Shown piece after piece: positions 34,603 through 45,989 of a DNA stretch of 64,000 nucleotides. How positions within the stretch are numbered: position 1 is the stretch's first letter; each line of letters opens with the position of its first letter. The stretch comes from Squalus acanthias (Eukaryota), in the NCBI GenBank assembly GCA_030390025.1, contig CM059433.1, forward strand, positions 16,494,001 to 16,558,000, in the 5' to 3' direction. A model generated the notes under the pieces. It had not been told where the DNA came from, did no database searches, and saw only the letters and a program-made list of their open reading frames with translations. A program made the translations under genes and the position numbers.

Positions 34603-35790
34603 GGCCTCGATATCAATCCCCCCACGATGGGTGGGAGAGGGTCGAGGTGAAAGAGTTAAATACGGGGAACGTGTCCCCAACCCACCACGCCCGCACCCTA
34701 TTTTTATGGCAGCGAATATTGGGGCGTCTGAGTGTCCCAACGTGGAGAGGCGGGATACTTAATTAACATATTTAAATTGGGCTCTCACTGTGCTATTGGG
34801 AGACGGATTTGAAATTGATTGCTGCTGCACAGGTTTCCCAGGGGTCGGGAAACCCGTCAGTGAAAGGGAGGTGGGAGCAGCTGGTTCCACAAGGTAAGTG
34901 CCTTTTTCAGCACACCTTGTGGGCCATGAGGAGCAGAAGTGCTTCCCGGGGCCCCTCAGAGAAGCCTTCAGTCTCCCCCAGCCTTCCTGATTGCCGACCT
35001 CTCTCCCCCCTCCCGATCGCAACCTCTCTCCTCCTCCTCATCGCAGCCTCTCTCCCCGTTCCCAATCGTGGACTCTAACCCCCTCCCGATCGCGGCCTCT
35101 CTCCCCCTCCCCATCGCAGTCTCCCCCCTCCCGATCGCGGACTCTACCCCCCCTCCCAATCGCGGCCTCTCTCTCTCCACCCTCCCAATCTCGGCCTCTC
35201 TCCCCCATCCCAATCGCGGCCTCTCTCTCTACACCCTCCCCATCGCGGACTCTACCCCCCCTCCCAATCGCGGCCTCTCTCTCCACCCTCCCAATCTCGG
35301 CGTCTCTCCCCCATCCCAATCGCAGCCTCTCTCTCTCCCCCTCCCGATCTCGGCCTCTCTCCCCCATCCCGATCGCAGCCTCTCTCGCTCCCCCCTCCCA
35401 ATCGCAGCCTCTCTCTCTCCCCCTCTCGATCTCGGCCTCTCTTCCCCATCCCGATCGCAGCCTCTCTCTCTCCCCCTCCCGATCTCGGCCTCTCTCCCCC
35501 ATCCCGATCGCAGCCTCTCTCTCTCCCCCTCCCGATCTCGGCCTCTCTCCCCCCTTCCAATTGCCAAGGACCGTCCCTAAGTCTGTGGCCTCCTGCCGTT
35601 GGTGTTCTCTTCTGACCATCAGTCAAGCTCACAATTTGGTTGGCTGCCGGGTGGGAAACAATCCTAAAAAATGTCATTTAGGTTCTGCTGTTATGTTCAG
35701 CAGGACGTCCACATCCCCAGTCTTGGTGGGTTCTTTGGCCATTTTCGGCCTCGCCCGTACCCTCCCCACCTCCCCGTAAATACCAGGGCC
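34603..35790. mobile_element. Harbinger-type MITE with internal minisatellite
   Basis: Ends GGCCTCGATAT...ATACCAGGGCC; internal features shared with other MITEs in the window. Confidence 0.65.
34990..35565. repeat. Pyrimidine-rich minisatellite, unit ~23-28 bp (CCCRATCGCRGCCTCTCTC..CCCCCT)
   Basis: More than 20 visible imperfect units. Confidence 0.95.
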
Positions 35791-37014
35791 TTTGTTTTTG
35801 GTGGATTGTCCGCCTCAGAAGGCTGGGAATCTTCACTGTGTGTGTTGTAGACCTAACCTCATACGCCAGTGCTGAATGTGTGATGGAATTTTGTGCTGTA
35901 ACTGTCAAAGTAATATTTTTCAATATTTGGTAATGTTTATTTAAAGTTTTCTTATCTCTACCAAAAGTGGCTTAAATCCTGTGTTTAAAAAAAATATATA
36001 TTTAGCTCTGCTGCATGAATTGAACATTCATGAACGCTTACAAGAGTCTGAAACCCATGTAATTCTGGGTGTTGTCAAGTACGTCAGGTGCTAAAGAATG
36101 TTAATAATTAATTTTTCTGCAGGAACTAAGGAACTCTGTAAGTAACCAGCAGGTAAAGTGAAAATAGATTGACTCTAGCTGACTAGCTTCGTACCTGTCT
36201 TCGAAATACAGCCTGACAGATTGATCAGCGGTGCGTTTTCTAAGGAAATAAAGGCCATGCCAGCATTTCAATGGAAAGTGGACATGTTATCGAGTTGGTA
36301 AGGTGAGTCCCCGTACATAAGCCGCCAAGTTACAAATATGAATAAGCGTCTAAGGAGAAATCTATCTGGCATAAGTTTCCTTTGTATATATGTTTGTGCC
36401 ACATTATAGGGTAATTTTTTTCACATTGCCCAAATTATAAACGTTTGAAATAAGATCCATATGAAAAGATTAATTATTTAAAGTTAATCTATTAATGATC
36501 TGTTGTGTGATGGGTCCAAATTGAATTTCCAATTCGGGGTCAGGGTTAGAGTCTACAAGTGGTGAAGATTTGCTCTGGCTGTTATGTGAAGCAACATTGT
36601 AAATATAGTTACAAAGAATGCCGATCTATGCTTACAGTACATGGTGCTAGAGTTTTACAATGTTACTGCACCTAGTGATCAGGATAATTCTACCCTCAAC
36701 GATGGCTATCATTGGAACACACTGTACGATCTGTTTTCCTCCAATTTTTTACTGTAAAGGGAAACTTCTTCTTAGTAATATGGTAAAACCTTTATCATTT
36801 ATACACAGTGGTATGAATTGCTATCAAACACCGACCAAGAACGATACGCCATCATCGTAATCCGGGTAGAACTATCTGATTAGTTTCTAGGGGCAAAATA
36901 AGGTGTGAGAAAGTTGATTTTTTAAGAATTTATAGCCCAGTGTACCAGTCCAAGGACTTATTTCCAACATAATCCGCTTGTTAGTGTCATTTTTGATTTC
37001 CTACTTTTAAAATC

Positions 37015-37170
37015 CCCCTCCCTTCACCCCACCATTGGTGGCCATGCCTTCAGCCGCCTAAGGCCCCGCACTTTAGAATTCCCTGCCTAAGCTCCTCAAC
37101 CTCTGCACCTCCCTCTCTTCCTTAAAATTTCCTTCTTTGACCCCTCCTGATAGCTTTCTTTCTTTAATCT
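37015..37170 (+). mobile_element. L2 3' fragment
   Basis: CACCATTGGTGGCCATGCCTTCAGC...GAATTCCCTGCCTAA. Confidence 0.7.
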
Positions 37171-37217
37171 AGAATGAGAATTCTAAGTAACAAGCTATAA
37201 ATGCCTTGCTTAAATGG

Positions 37218-37443
37218 CCATGATGTGGAGATGCCGGTGTTGGACTGGGGTGGACAAATGTGAGAAGTCGCACAACACCAGGTTATAGTCCAACAGTTTT
37301 ATTTGAAATCACAAGCTTTCGGAGCGCTGCTCCTTCGTCAGGAGGAAAACAGATCACCTGACGAAGGAGCAGCACTCCGAAAGCTTGTGATTTCAAATAA
37401 AACTGTTGGACTATAACCTGGTGTTGTGCGACTTCTCACATTA
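37218..37443. mobile_element. Penelope-derived non-coding fold-back element (hammerhead in each arm)
   Basis: 86-bp inverted arms 37257-37342 and 37357-37442 (1 mismatch); pLTR end ATGATGTGGAGATGCCGG; TSD CTTAAATGG (37209-37217, 37444-37452). Confidence 0.9.
37353..37391 (+). ncRNA. Minimal type-I hammerhead ribozyme motif
   Basis: ATCAC-CTGACGA-A-GGAG(cagca)CTCC-GAAA-GCTT-GTGAT: stem I ATCAC/GTGAT, stem II GGAG/CTCC, palindromic AAGCTT stem III. Confidence 0.85.
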
Positions 37444-38199
37444 CTTAAATGGAACTGATTGGGATGAAACAGGTTCATACTAAGAATATCTGAGCAATGC
37501 GGGGCTGCAGCTATGTTTATGAAATAGTTGTATATATATTGAACCTCTTAAGATTTCCATTTTAAAATCCTTAGGCAAAAGCCACTGTTTATATCAAAAA
37601 CAAACTGAAATTTTTCTTAGAAATCACTGGAATCTACATCTAGCCAAGGACAAAGAGTTTTTCCAAAAGAAGGTGGCAGGGAATGAGAAAGTGAGCCAGT
37701 TCCCCCTGTGTTCACAGTGGGAGCAAGTCAATGCATTCTGCAGATAATATGGAAACATTTTGTAATTAGAAGGATTAGGAATGGTCTATCTGCAGGGGTG
37801 TGTCTGGGAACAGACATGCTGACTTATATTTACAGTACATGGTGTCAGGGGTTTACAGGACTGACAGGAAACCATCGATTGCTCAAACTTAATTCAAGCG
37901 GTATTCGTGTGAGGCCTGATTGCGACATTCTTTCATGACTCACAGAGTTTCATCACTGTTTTGATTTGACATGACGGATATCTGTTGTTATATAAAGGCA
38001 AGTTCTTTCTTTAATCATGTCAAAAGAATCAAAAGGAATTAAACTTTAAATAAAATATAAAAAGTGCTTCAAAATTTAAAAAAACTGTCGACAAATTGCA
38101 TTTTGAATATATTGAGTCCTAAAGATGTACTATTTCTTTTGTGCTATGGTTAAGCCAAAAGTCACAGCAATACTATTGTACATTGCTTTGTAACAGTTA

Positions 38200-40165
38200 A
38201 CCAGAGCTTCTCCATCAATGGCTGCTCCTTCCATCCCTGCACCATTACCTCCAGTGTCTCCCCAGGATCTATCCTTCACCCTCCTCCTCTTCCTCATCTA
38301 CACACTGTCCCTTGGCGACACTTCTACAGACATGGGATTAGCTTCCACGTGTATGCTAACGACATCCAACCCTACTTCTCCACCTCCGCTCTTGACCCCT
38401 GCACTGCTTCTGTGTTGTCAGGCTGCTTGTCTGATAGCCATTCAGGGATGAGCCCCAATTTCCACCAGTTAAGCATTGGGGAAAACCAAAGCCATCGTCT
38501 TCAGTCCCTGCCATAAACTCACCATTGATTCTATTCCCCTCCCCAGCTATGGTCTAAGGCTAATCTAGACTGTTTGGAATCTAAGGGGGAGAAATTCGGT
38601 ATCGCCCCGTTTGGGGCGCAATTATCAGCCGGGCGCAAAGTTTAGCACCTGCCGCTAATTATCGCCGCCAACTGCAAACTTGGCTTCTATCACCCCTGGA
38701 GGTGACTGGAGCGCTAAATCAGGCGCTACACACTCTCTTAAGGCGCTAACGCCGAGGAGCGAGGCGCTACCGCAGAGCGCTGGCGGAGCTCATGTGATGT
38801 CAGTCAGCAATGGAACACAGACACACTGGCGCCGGCCAGTTCTTAAAGGGGAGGGTCGATCTTGCTCTCCATCCACACCCTGCTCATTGCAGCCTTGAAT
38901 CTCGGCCTGAAGAGACCTGTACATCAATTCTGCTGGAAAGAACAATGGAGAGGCCCAGGGAAAGAGCTCAGAGTGCAGCCCCCATAGTCTCTTCTAAATC
39001 GATGTAAGGAAGGTCAAATCAAAATGAACCTGCAAAGTGCTGCTCAGTACCCAAAACTCCTTCACACAGTGTTGAATCTCTCCAGAAGTCTCTCTCTCTC
39101 TCTCTCAGAATGCGTGGTGCAAAAATGTCGCCGACAAAAAAAGGCAGGAAGTGGCCGCCTTTAAATAGCACTCCCCCAGTCCCTTCCCGACTGCAAAACA
39201 TTCCCCTCAACCTGTTGTTGCTAGTGGCAGGCGGAAAGGCAGAGGGCGCCACTCAATATCTGGTCCGGGGCGCTACCGGGGCGTTGCACGCTCGACTGAT
39301 GTCACGATCTGCGGGCGCAGGAGATCGTGGTGGTAGAGTTTAGCACCGCCGCAAAAACTCTACTCAATTTCGCGAGTGGCGCAAACATCGCGGGTGCTAG
39401 TTGCTTTGCACCCCATTAGCGCCCTCTTAGGCCGCAAACGGGAGGCGCTAAACAACCGAATTTTTCCCCCTCGGTGTCCTATTTGGGCCTGAACTGAGCT
39501 TCCTGTTCCATTTCCTCTTCATCACAAAGACCGCTTGTTTCCACCTTCATAATATTACCTGCCTCCGACCCTTTGTTAGCCCTTCTGCCAGTGCAACTCT
39601 CGTGCATGCCTTTGTCCCCTCCAAACTCAACTATTCCAATGTTCCCCTGGCTAGCCTCCCACCTCCACCCTCTGTACACTTCAGCTAATCTAAAACTCTA
39701 TTGCCCATATTCTATCCCGCACCAGGTCCTGCTCACCAGTCACCTGCTGTCCTGCACTGGCTCGTGGTTCACCAGAGACTCCAATTCACAATTCTTATCC
39801 TTGTGTTTAAAACCCTTCATGGTCTCATCCCTCCCTACCTCCGTAACCTCCTCCAGCCCTACAACCACCCAAACTCTCCATTCCTCTCTGTCTTTGTGTA
39901 CCCCCCTTCCTTCACCCCACCATTGATATCCGTGCTTTCAGCCGCTGAGGCGCCACGCTCTGGAATTCCCTGCCTAAGCCCCCCACAACGCTGCACCTCC
40001 CTCTCCTCCTTTAAAACTCTCCTTAAAATCTACGTCTTTGACCAAGCTTTTTGGTCACCCCATCCTAATAGCCTCTTCTTTGGCTGAGTGTCATTTTATT
40101 TCAGTGAAGCACCTTGGGATGTTTTACCATGTTAAAGGTGTTATATAAATGCAAGTTGTTGTTGT
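38200..40165 (+). mobile_element. L2 LINE 3' part interrupted by MITE A
   Basis: Degenerate PQGS and FH.YA.D motifs, LHWL..QRLQFTILILVFK, SFKTLLK, and TATATAAATGCAAGTTGTTGTTG tail. Confidence 0.85.
38585..39470 (+). mobile_element. Harbinger-type MITE family A, copy 5
   Basis: GGGGGAGAAATTCGG...CCGAATTTTTCCCCC; homologous to the other A copies. Confidence 0.9.
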
Positions 40166-40331
40166 AATAGACATTTAAGATTTTTCTGCAATAGAGAAAT
40201 GCCAATTCTCTAACTAACTTAATCTGCATGCAAATTAATTATCACTGCTTGCTGAACCAAATACAATTTTAAGCCTAATAATATGCCCAGCAAGTTTCAT
40301 TGACATAGTCTATGTATTATAAAAAGTTATT

Positions 40332-41051
40332 GGGCCGGATTTCATTGTAAAAGTAACGGTGAGGCTAACAGTGCTCACCGTTATTTATGCGTAAATCGGA
40401 CAGCAACTTCCAGCGACCCCACTTGCGCAGCTAAATGCGGAAATCCAGAGGTCGCTGTCTGAGATGCTCTGCTCCTCTCGAAGCTTCCCGAAATCAGCAT
40501 CTTGCCGTCTGACTTTCCGCTCAAATGTATTGAACGGCGTGAAGTTCCTGTACTTATAGATACGGACTAAACGTGCCGAAAAAAATTAGGGCTGGTCTAA
40601 GTGCCCTTTTAACGGCGTGGTAAGTGTTAATTACTGGCAAACAAATGTGGTGCCTCATTCCTTCAGCTTTTAATTATTGTTGGCGATTTATTAATTATTT
40701 TTTACATCTTTTTCTTCCTATCTCTTTTATCTCTCTCTCTTATTCCAATCTTTCTTTCCTCTCTTTAATTCTCTTTCTGTACCTGATTTGACACGGGATT
40801 CAATATTCCAACTCACACTTCCTGGTTCAGACTCTGCACAGCTCAGCAACCATTCTTCAATCTGATTGGTTAAGGAGATACACAGTTGCTTGACCTGTTC
40901 ACTCGGGTCCTTGGTGCTCTGCAGAGGGCGCTGTGTCATTTGGATGGTTGGCTAAGAGGAACTTGCTGTGCAAAGCCCACAGAAAGTCTATGGGCAAGTG
41001 CAAGTCTAACGCTCGCTGCTGACTGCAAAATACGACTGCAAAATTCGACTC
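40332..41051. mobile_element. Older Harbinger-type MITE (family D)
   Basis: Starts GGGCCGGATTTC; ends in duplicated CTGCAAAAT.CGAC; GC-rich ends with AT-rich middle. Confidence 0.55.
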
Positions 41052-41138
41052 ATTTTCTATTTAGCTTAATTGACAGTTGTGAGAGGAAACTTTCGTTTTC
41101 TAATTGCTTATGAAATTTGTAGGTACACTTAGTAAAAT

Positions 41139-41912
41139 GGCCCGGAATTTGCAGTCAGAGGCGTACCTCCGGAGTACGTCTCCGACCTGATAAAAAAAAT
41201 CTGCACGTACCTTCAGGCTCCCAGGCTACGGAGACTCTGGGTTTCGGGCCTGCGGGCGTCGCCTGCGTAAAGGCCCACGGATCCCAGGGACGCAGGCGGT
41301 TCGGAAGCTTCCCTGGGATCACGTGGGCCAGGTCCTCCAATCAGAAAGGAGGATTCCTAATATGCTTATGCAGATTCCATTTACGAACAGAATCCCCACA
41401 AGCATATGAGGAATCCCCAAATAATCAAATAATTTATACAACTGGAATAAAAATAAATGTTCCCATTTACAAATTTAATTAAAAGTCCCTTCAATAAAGC
41501 ATATACAATAAAAACTTAATCTTTTGAAAAATAATTTTAAATATTTTAAAATTTACATAAACTAATTTTAAATGTGTGTGCATGATTTTTTATTTTTTAT
41601 TTTTTTATTTAAGTTTTATATTAACCCTTACGCTGGTGAAAGCAGGCCCTATGCCTATGCTTTTACCAGGCGTAAGGGTTTTGTGGGCATTTGCTGGGCA
41701 GTAGTTGGGCAAATAGCTCAAGTCTGCGCCAGTGAACGTGATTTTTGGGTCGGTGCGGATGTTCTGTCAAGGTGAACCTTGACAGATTGCAAGTTCCGGG
41801 TTTTCGCGCAGGCGCAGCGCATGCGGAATCCCGGAAGTTACGGGGCCTTTCTGAAGGCTTACTACGGCATACGCTGGGCGTACCCCGTCATAGGGAGTGC
41901 AAAATCCGGGCC
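41139..41912. mobile_element. Harbinger-type MITE (GGCCC-TIR group)
   Basis: TIR GGCCCGGAATTTGCA / TGCAAAATCCGGGCC; AAT TSD. Confidence 0.9.
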
Positions 41913-42962
41913 AATTTACTTCATTTGCAATTTCAACGAGCATGTAGCATGGCTTTCAATTTTGGGACAGTAAGGATCATAATTTTCAATTCAAATGTCG
42001 AGCAGTAAATTCTGCTGTGACTGTTGTTTCTGTCAATTCTGCTTTTTCCACATCGTCTCATCAATTCCATGACAGTGGAAGTAAAGTTCTTGGTGACACA
42101 TGGGGTTATAGGTTGAGACTGTGGGTCAAGAGGAAGGTACAAGGGGGGCTGGCTTTGAGAAATCAAGGTCTCAGAAAAGGTGAAACAGCAGCAAGAAATT
42201 TAAGCATTCCATTCTTCAAATGACAGTGGGGCAAAATCTGAGTGGAAGGGGCAGTGGTGAGGAAAGTAAGGTGGAGTCACTGGTCAGTGTATTGATAGGG
42301 GATTAGTGGTAGCGCTAAAAGTTAGTCACAGCTGTGGTACCCTGGCATAGAATGTGAAAACTAATAACAGTATTGAAGTGAGGGGAAAGGAAACCAATGT
42401 TAACCATGACAGGAAAAATAAGACTGAAATCAGCATATCAAAAGTTCAACTGTCTTTCCAAATACGTAAGGTTATTAAATAACTAGTATTCAATGTAGTT
42501 TCATAAACTGTATACATTATTCTACTGGTGATTCTTTTTGAAAAATTCAGTTTGCCCTGTTTCTGAATTGTGTTTAATTTGGAGTAGGATGGGACCTTTT
42601 GGGCATTGACCTCCATGACCACCCTACTGTGTGATTGAATGATTGATGTAGGGCAGCAGCAGTCCCAAGCAGTTTTCCTTTCCTGTGTACCACACTACAA
42701 TACAAGTCTCATACTAGTATACAAAAAGGATGAGAAAAGACCATCACACCCATTGAGGCTGCCCCATCCATTACGTATCCACAATCTAACCGCACAATCT
42801 CCCAGGTGAGCAAAGAAGCAGAGAATGAAACATGCAGCAAATTTAGGAAAAACTTTGGGAAATTTCTCTCCGACTCCCTAAGGCGATCAAGCAAGGCTCA
42901 AGGAGACTGTAGTTGGCTATAACTTCTCCTAATTGCAGCTGATTGTAGTCCTTTAGGTGATA

Positions 42963-43549
42963 ATTACATAGGATTACATAAGATACGGCACAGAAACAGG
43001 CCATTCGGCCCAACCAGTCCATGCCGGCGTTTATGCTCCACACGAGCCTCCTCCTGTCTTTCCTCATCTAAATCTATCAGCATAACCCTCTATTCCCTTC
43101 TCCCACATATGCTTATCTAGCCTCCCCTTAAATGCATCTATACTATTCGCTTCACCCACTCCCTGTGGTAGTGAGTCCCACATTCTCACCACTCTCTGGG
43201 TAAAGAAGTTTCTTCTGAATTCCCTATTTGATTTCTTGGTGACCATCTTATATTGATGGCCTCTAGTTTTGCTCTTCCCCGCAAGTGGAAACACTCTCTC
43301 TGTATCTACTCTATCAAAACCTTTCATAATTTTAAAGACCTCTATTAGGTCACTGCTCAGCCTTCTCTTTTCAAGAGAAAAGAGACCCAGCTTGTTCATC
43401 CTTTCCTGATAGGTATAACCTCGCATTTCCAGTATCATCCTTGTAAATCTTTTTTGTACCCTCTCCAGTGCCTCTATATCCTTTTTATAATATGGCGACC
43501 AGAATTGTACACAGTACTCCAAGTGTGGTCTAACCAAGGTTCGATGCAA
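42963..43549 (-). mobile_element. CR1 LINE 3' fragment (second subfamily)
   Basis: LVRPHLEYCVQFWSP...TRGHQYK...FFTQRVV; tail. Confidence 0.92.
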
Positions 43550-44792
43550 TTCTTCATTGTATTTTGACAGCCTAGTTGTGATGCATTGTCAGTGACCAAA
43601 TCACTTAATTACAAGAGGAAGATTATTATAGTAGGACCAAAAGATGAAAGAAGAATTTCCAAAGTAAGGCTACTGCCAAAATGATTGTTATTGGTGACCA
43701 CAAGGAATATCTGTACTGCAACAATAAGAACATAAGGAAACATTCAGCCCAACAAGCCTGTTCCTTCTACAAACCACAGAGACATAACAATCTACCTCCC
43801 ATGGATTCTGACCACATCAGTTAATCTTCTGAGGAGAAGTTGTGCTCCCTGATCCCAAAAGGTAATTAAGCAAAACTCTAAAATACTCATCCATTCTCAA
43901 CACCATTTTTCACCCTGGTCTGCCTACGTTCATCTCTATAAGTATCAATCCCATTGTAAAACATATATTTATTCCGCTCCTTTTTTCTTTAAAAATAGCT
44001 AATTATCTCAATCTCAACTACTTTTGCTGGGAGTCTCTTTCACATATCCAGCACTGTGGGGGGAGATTTCCTGTATAACTATATATAACAAAAATGTAAA
44101 TGCATTTATAAGTCAATTAACATACTTTAATACTATTCCCCTCATTCGCATGATGAATATCTATTCCACGCGTTCTAAATCTAGGCCATATGATTGTTGC
44201 ACTTTATACGCAAGGTAAGTCTCTCCCCTGTGGGAGAAAATGTTTAACTTCCAGTCTCACTTGCAGGACTGCAGAAATACTAATACAATGTTATGCAGGT
44301 GGAAGAATTAATAAACAAACTCATCTGTGAGCTGCTTGTGCTATTTCTGTGGATTTGACACAATCATGTGGTGAGACAGGAAAAATTACCACATGGGCTT
44401 CAAGATGAGTACTGATGTTACGTCACATATGGGTAGTCAGCTGTGATGCAAGCTCCCACCCACAGATGGATTGTTTAGTTATTCCTGCCTTTGTTTATAT
44501 ATTTTTTCTCACATTTCTGTCTTCCTCTGACATGCAATGAAAAGTTGACTTCTTCACGACCCTCTGCTGGACAATCAAATGACACATGTGGGGCAGTGTC
44601 TGACCTACTAATGTCTCTTCTTAATGAAGGGAGTGCTTACCTGTCCAGCACCATAGCTAACAGCTGGTGAAATATGCCACTAAAGATAGTTCAGTTCAAC
44701 TATCAGTTAAGTTTGGGGATTAAGCAAGAGCCAATTTAATGATACTGAGCCAAGTAATAGTAAATGCTAAATTAAGGACGACATTTATTTAT

Positions 44793-45166
44793 TTGGAGAC
44801 ATTTAGCCAGGAATGTCCAACAAGGCACCGTACCTTATTTAATTACAATAAAGGTTCTGGCAACATTTGCATAGGCCCATGCCCATTTGCTTGCATTTAA
44901 TCCCATAGGGAAAAGAATGATCTTATTTAACGTTTATAAGTAGGGCAGCACCCAGACAATGACACTAATATTCCTGGGACGTGTCATGACTAAAGAAGGT
45001 GCTTAAATTTCCTGCAGGCAAAACCCGAACTCTTAACCTCCTGAGATCACCATCAACTGGGAATGAGTCAACTATGATGTGGGCCTATGCAAGTGTTGCC
45101 AGAACCTTTATTGTAATTAAATAAGGTACGTTGCCTTGTTGGACATTCCTGGCTAAATGTCTCCAA
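44793..45166. repeat. 87-bp inverted repeat (44793-44879 / 45080-45166) with 200-bp spacer
   Basis: TTGGAGACATTTAGCCAGGAATGTCC...ATAGGCCCA and its reverse complement, about 2 mismatches. Confidence 0.92.
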
Positions 45167-45471
45167 CTATGGGTCACAGTCTAAGGATAAGGAGTAAGCC
45201 ATTTAGGACTGAGATGAGGAGGAATTTCTTCACCCAGAGAGTGGTGAACCTGTGGAATTCTCTACCACAGAAGGCAGTTGAGGCCAATTCATTAAATATA
45301 TTCAAGAAGGAGTTAGATATATTTCTTAAGGCTAAAGGGATTAAGGGATATGGGGAGAAAGCAGGGACAGGGTACTGAATTTGGATGATCAGCCATGATC
45401 TCATTAAATGGCGGAACAGGCTTGAGGGGCCGAATGGCCTACTCCTGCTCCTATCTTCTATGTTTCTATGT
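45167..45471 (+). mobile_element. CR1 LINE 3' fragment
   Basis: GHSLRIRSKPFRTEMRRNFFTQRVVNLWNSLP; TTCTATGTTTCTATG tail. Confidence 0.93.
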
Positions 45472-45989
45472 AGCCAGTTTATATAAGAAAGGAAGGTTTA
45501 CATTAGTTTCTAGTTTTGGTTAGCAATGGTAGTTATTTTAAAACTTGGAATAGGCCTGATAGCACATAGCATACATTTTTAATAGCTTTTTTTTTCAGTT
45601 TTCCAATTAATGATTCGGCAATGTAAAATACACCAGCAGTAATTTGGTGTAGTTAACTTTTTAATCTTAGAAGGCTTTAGTGAAGGAAATAAAAGAGGAA
45701 AGAATGACAACCGTTATCTACAGAATGACTACGTGCATGCCAGTGGGAAAAGTAATTAAAATATTCCATAAAACTACACACTTCTGAGGACAATAGGTAT
45801 TTATTCCCTGAGTTTGTGACTGGCGTAAACATCCTGGCTGTGTTGGCTATTTTATTTTTTTATACAACAAAGTAATGTGATGGTATTTGTAAATAAATGC
45901 GAAAATTATCTTTAACAAACATTGAGGCCCTGCTACAATCAACTCATCAAGCTGAAGTTAAATTTTAACAGAGATTTAAATATTCAGTC

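Noticed and set aside
34939..35779. Long ORFs (193-262 aa) on both strands
   Set aside because: They arise from a stop-poor minisatellite; the translations are low-complexity Pro/Ser/Leu or Gly/Arg/Glu repeats.
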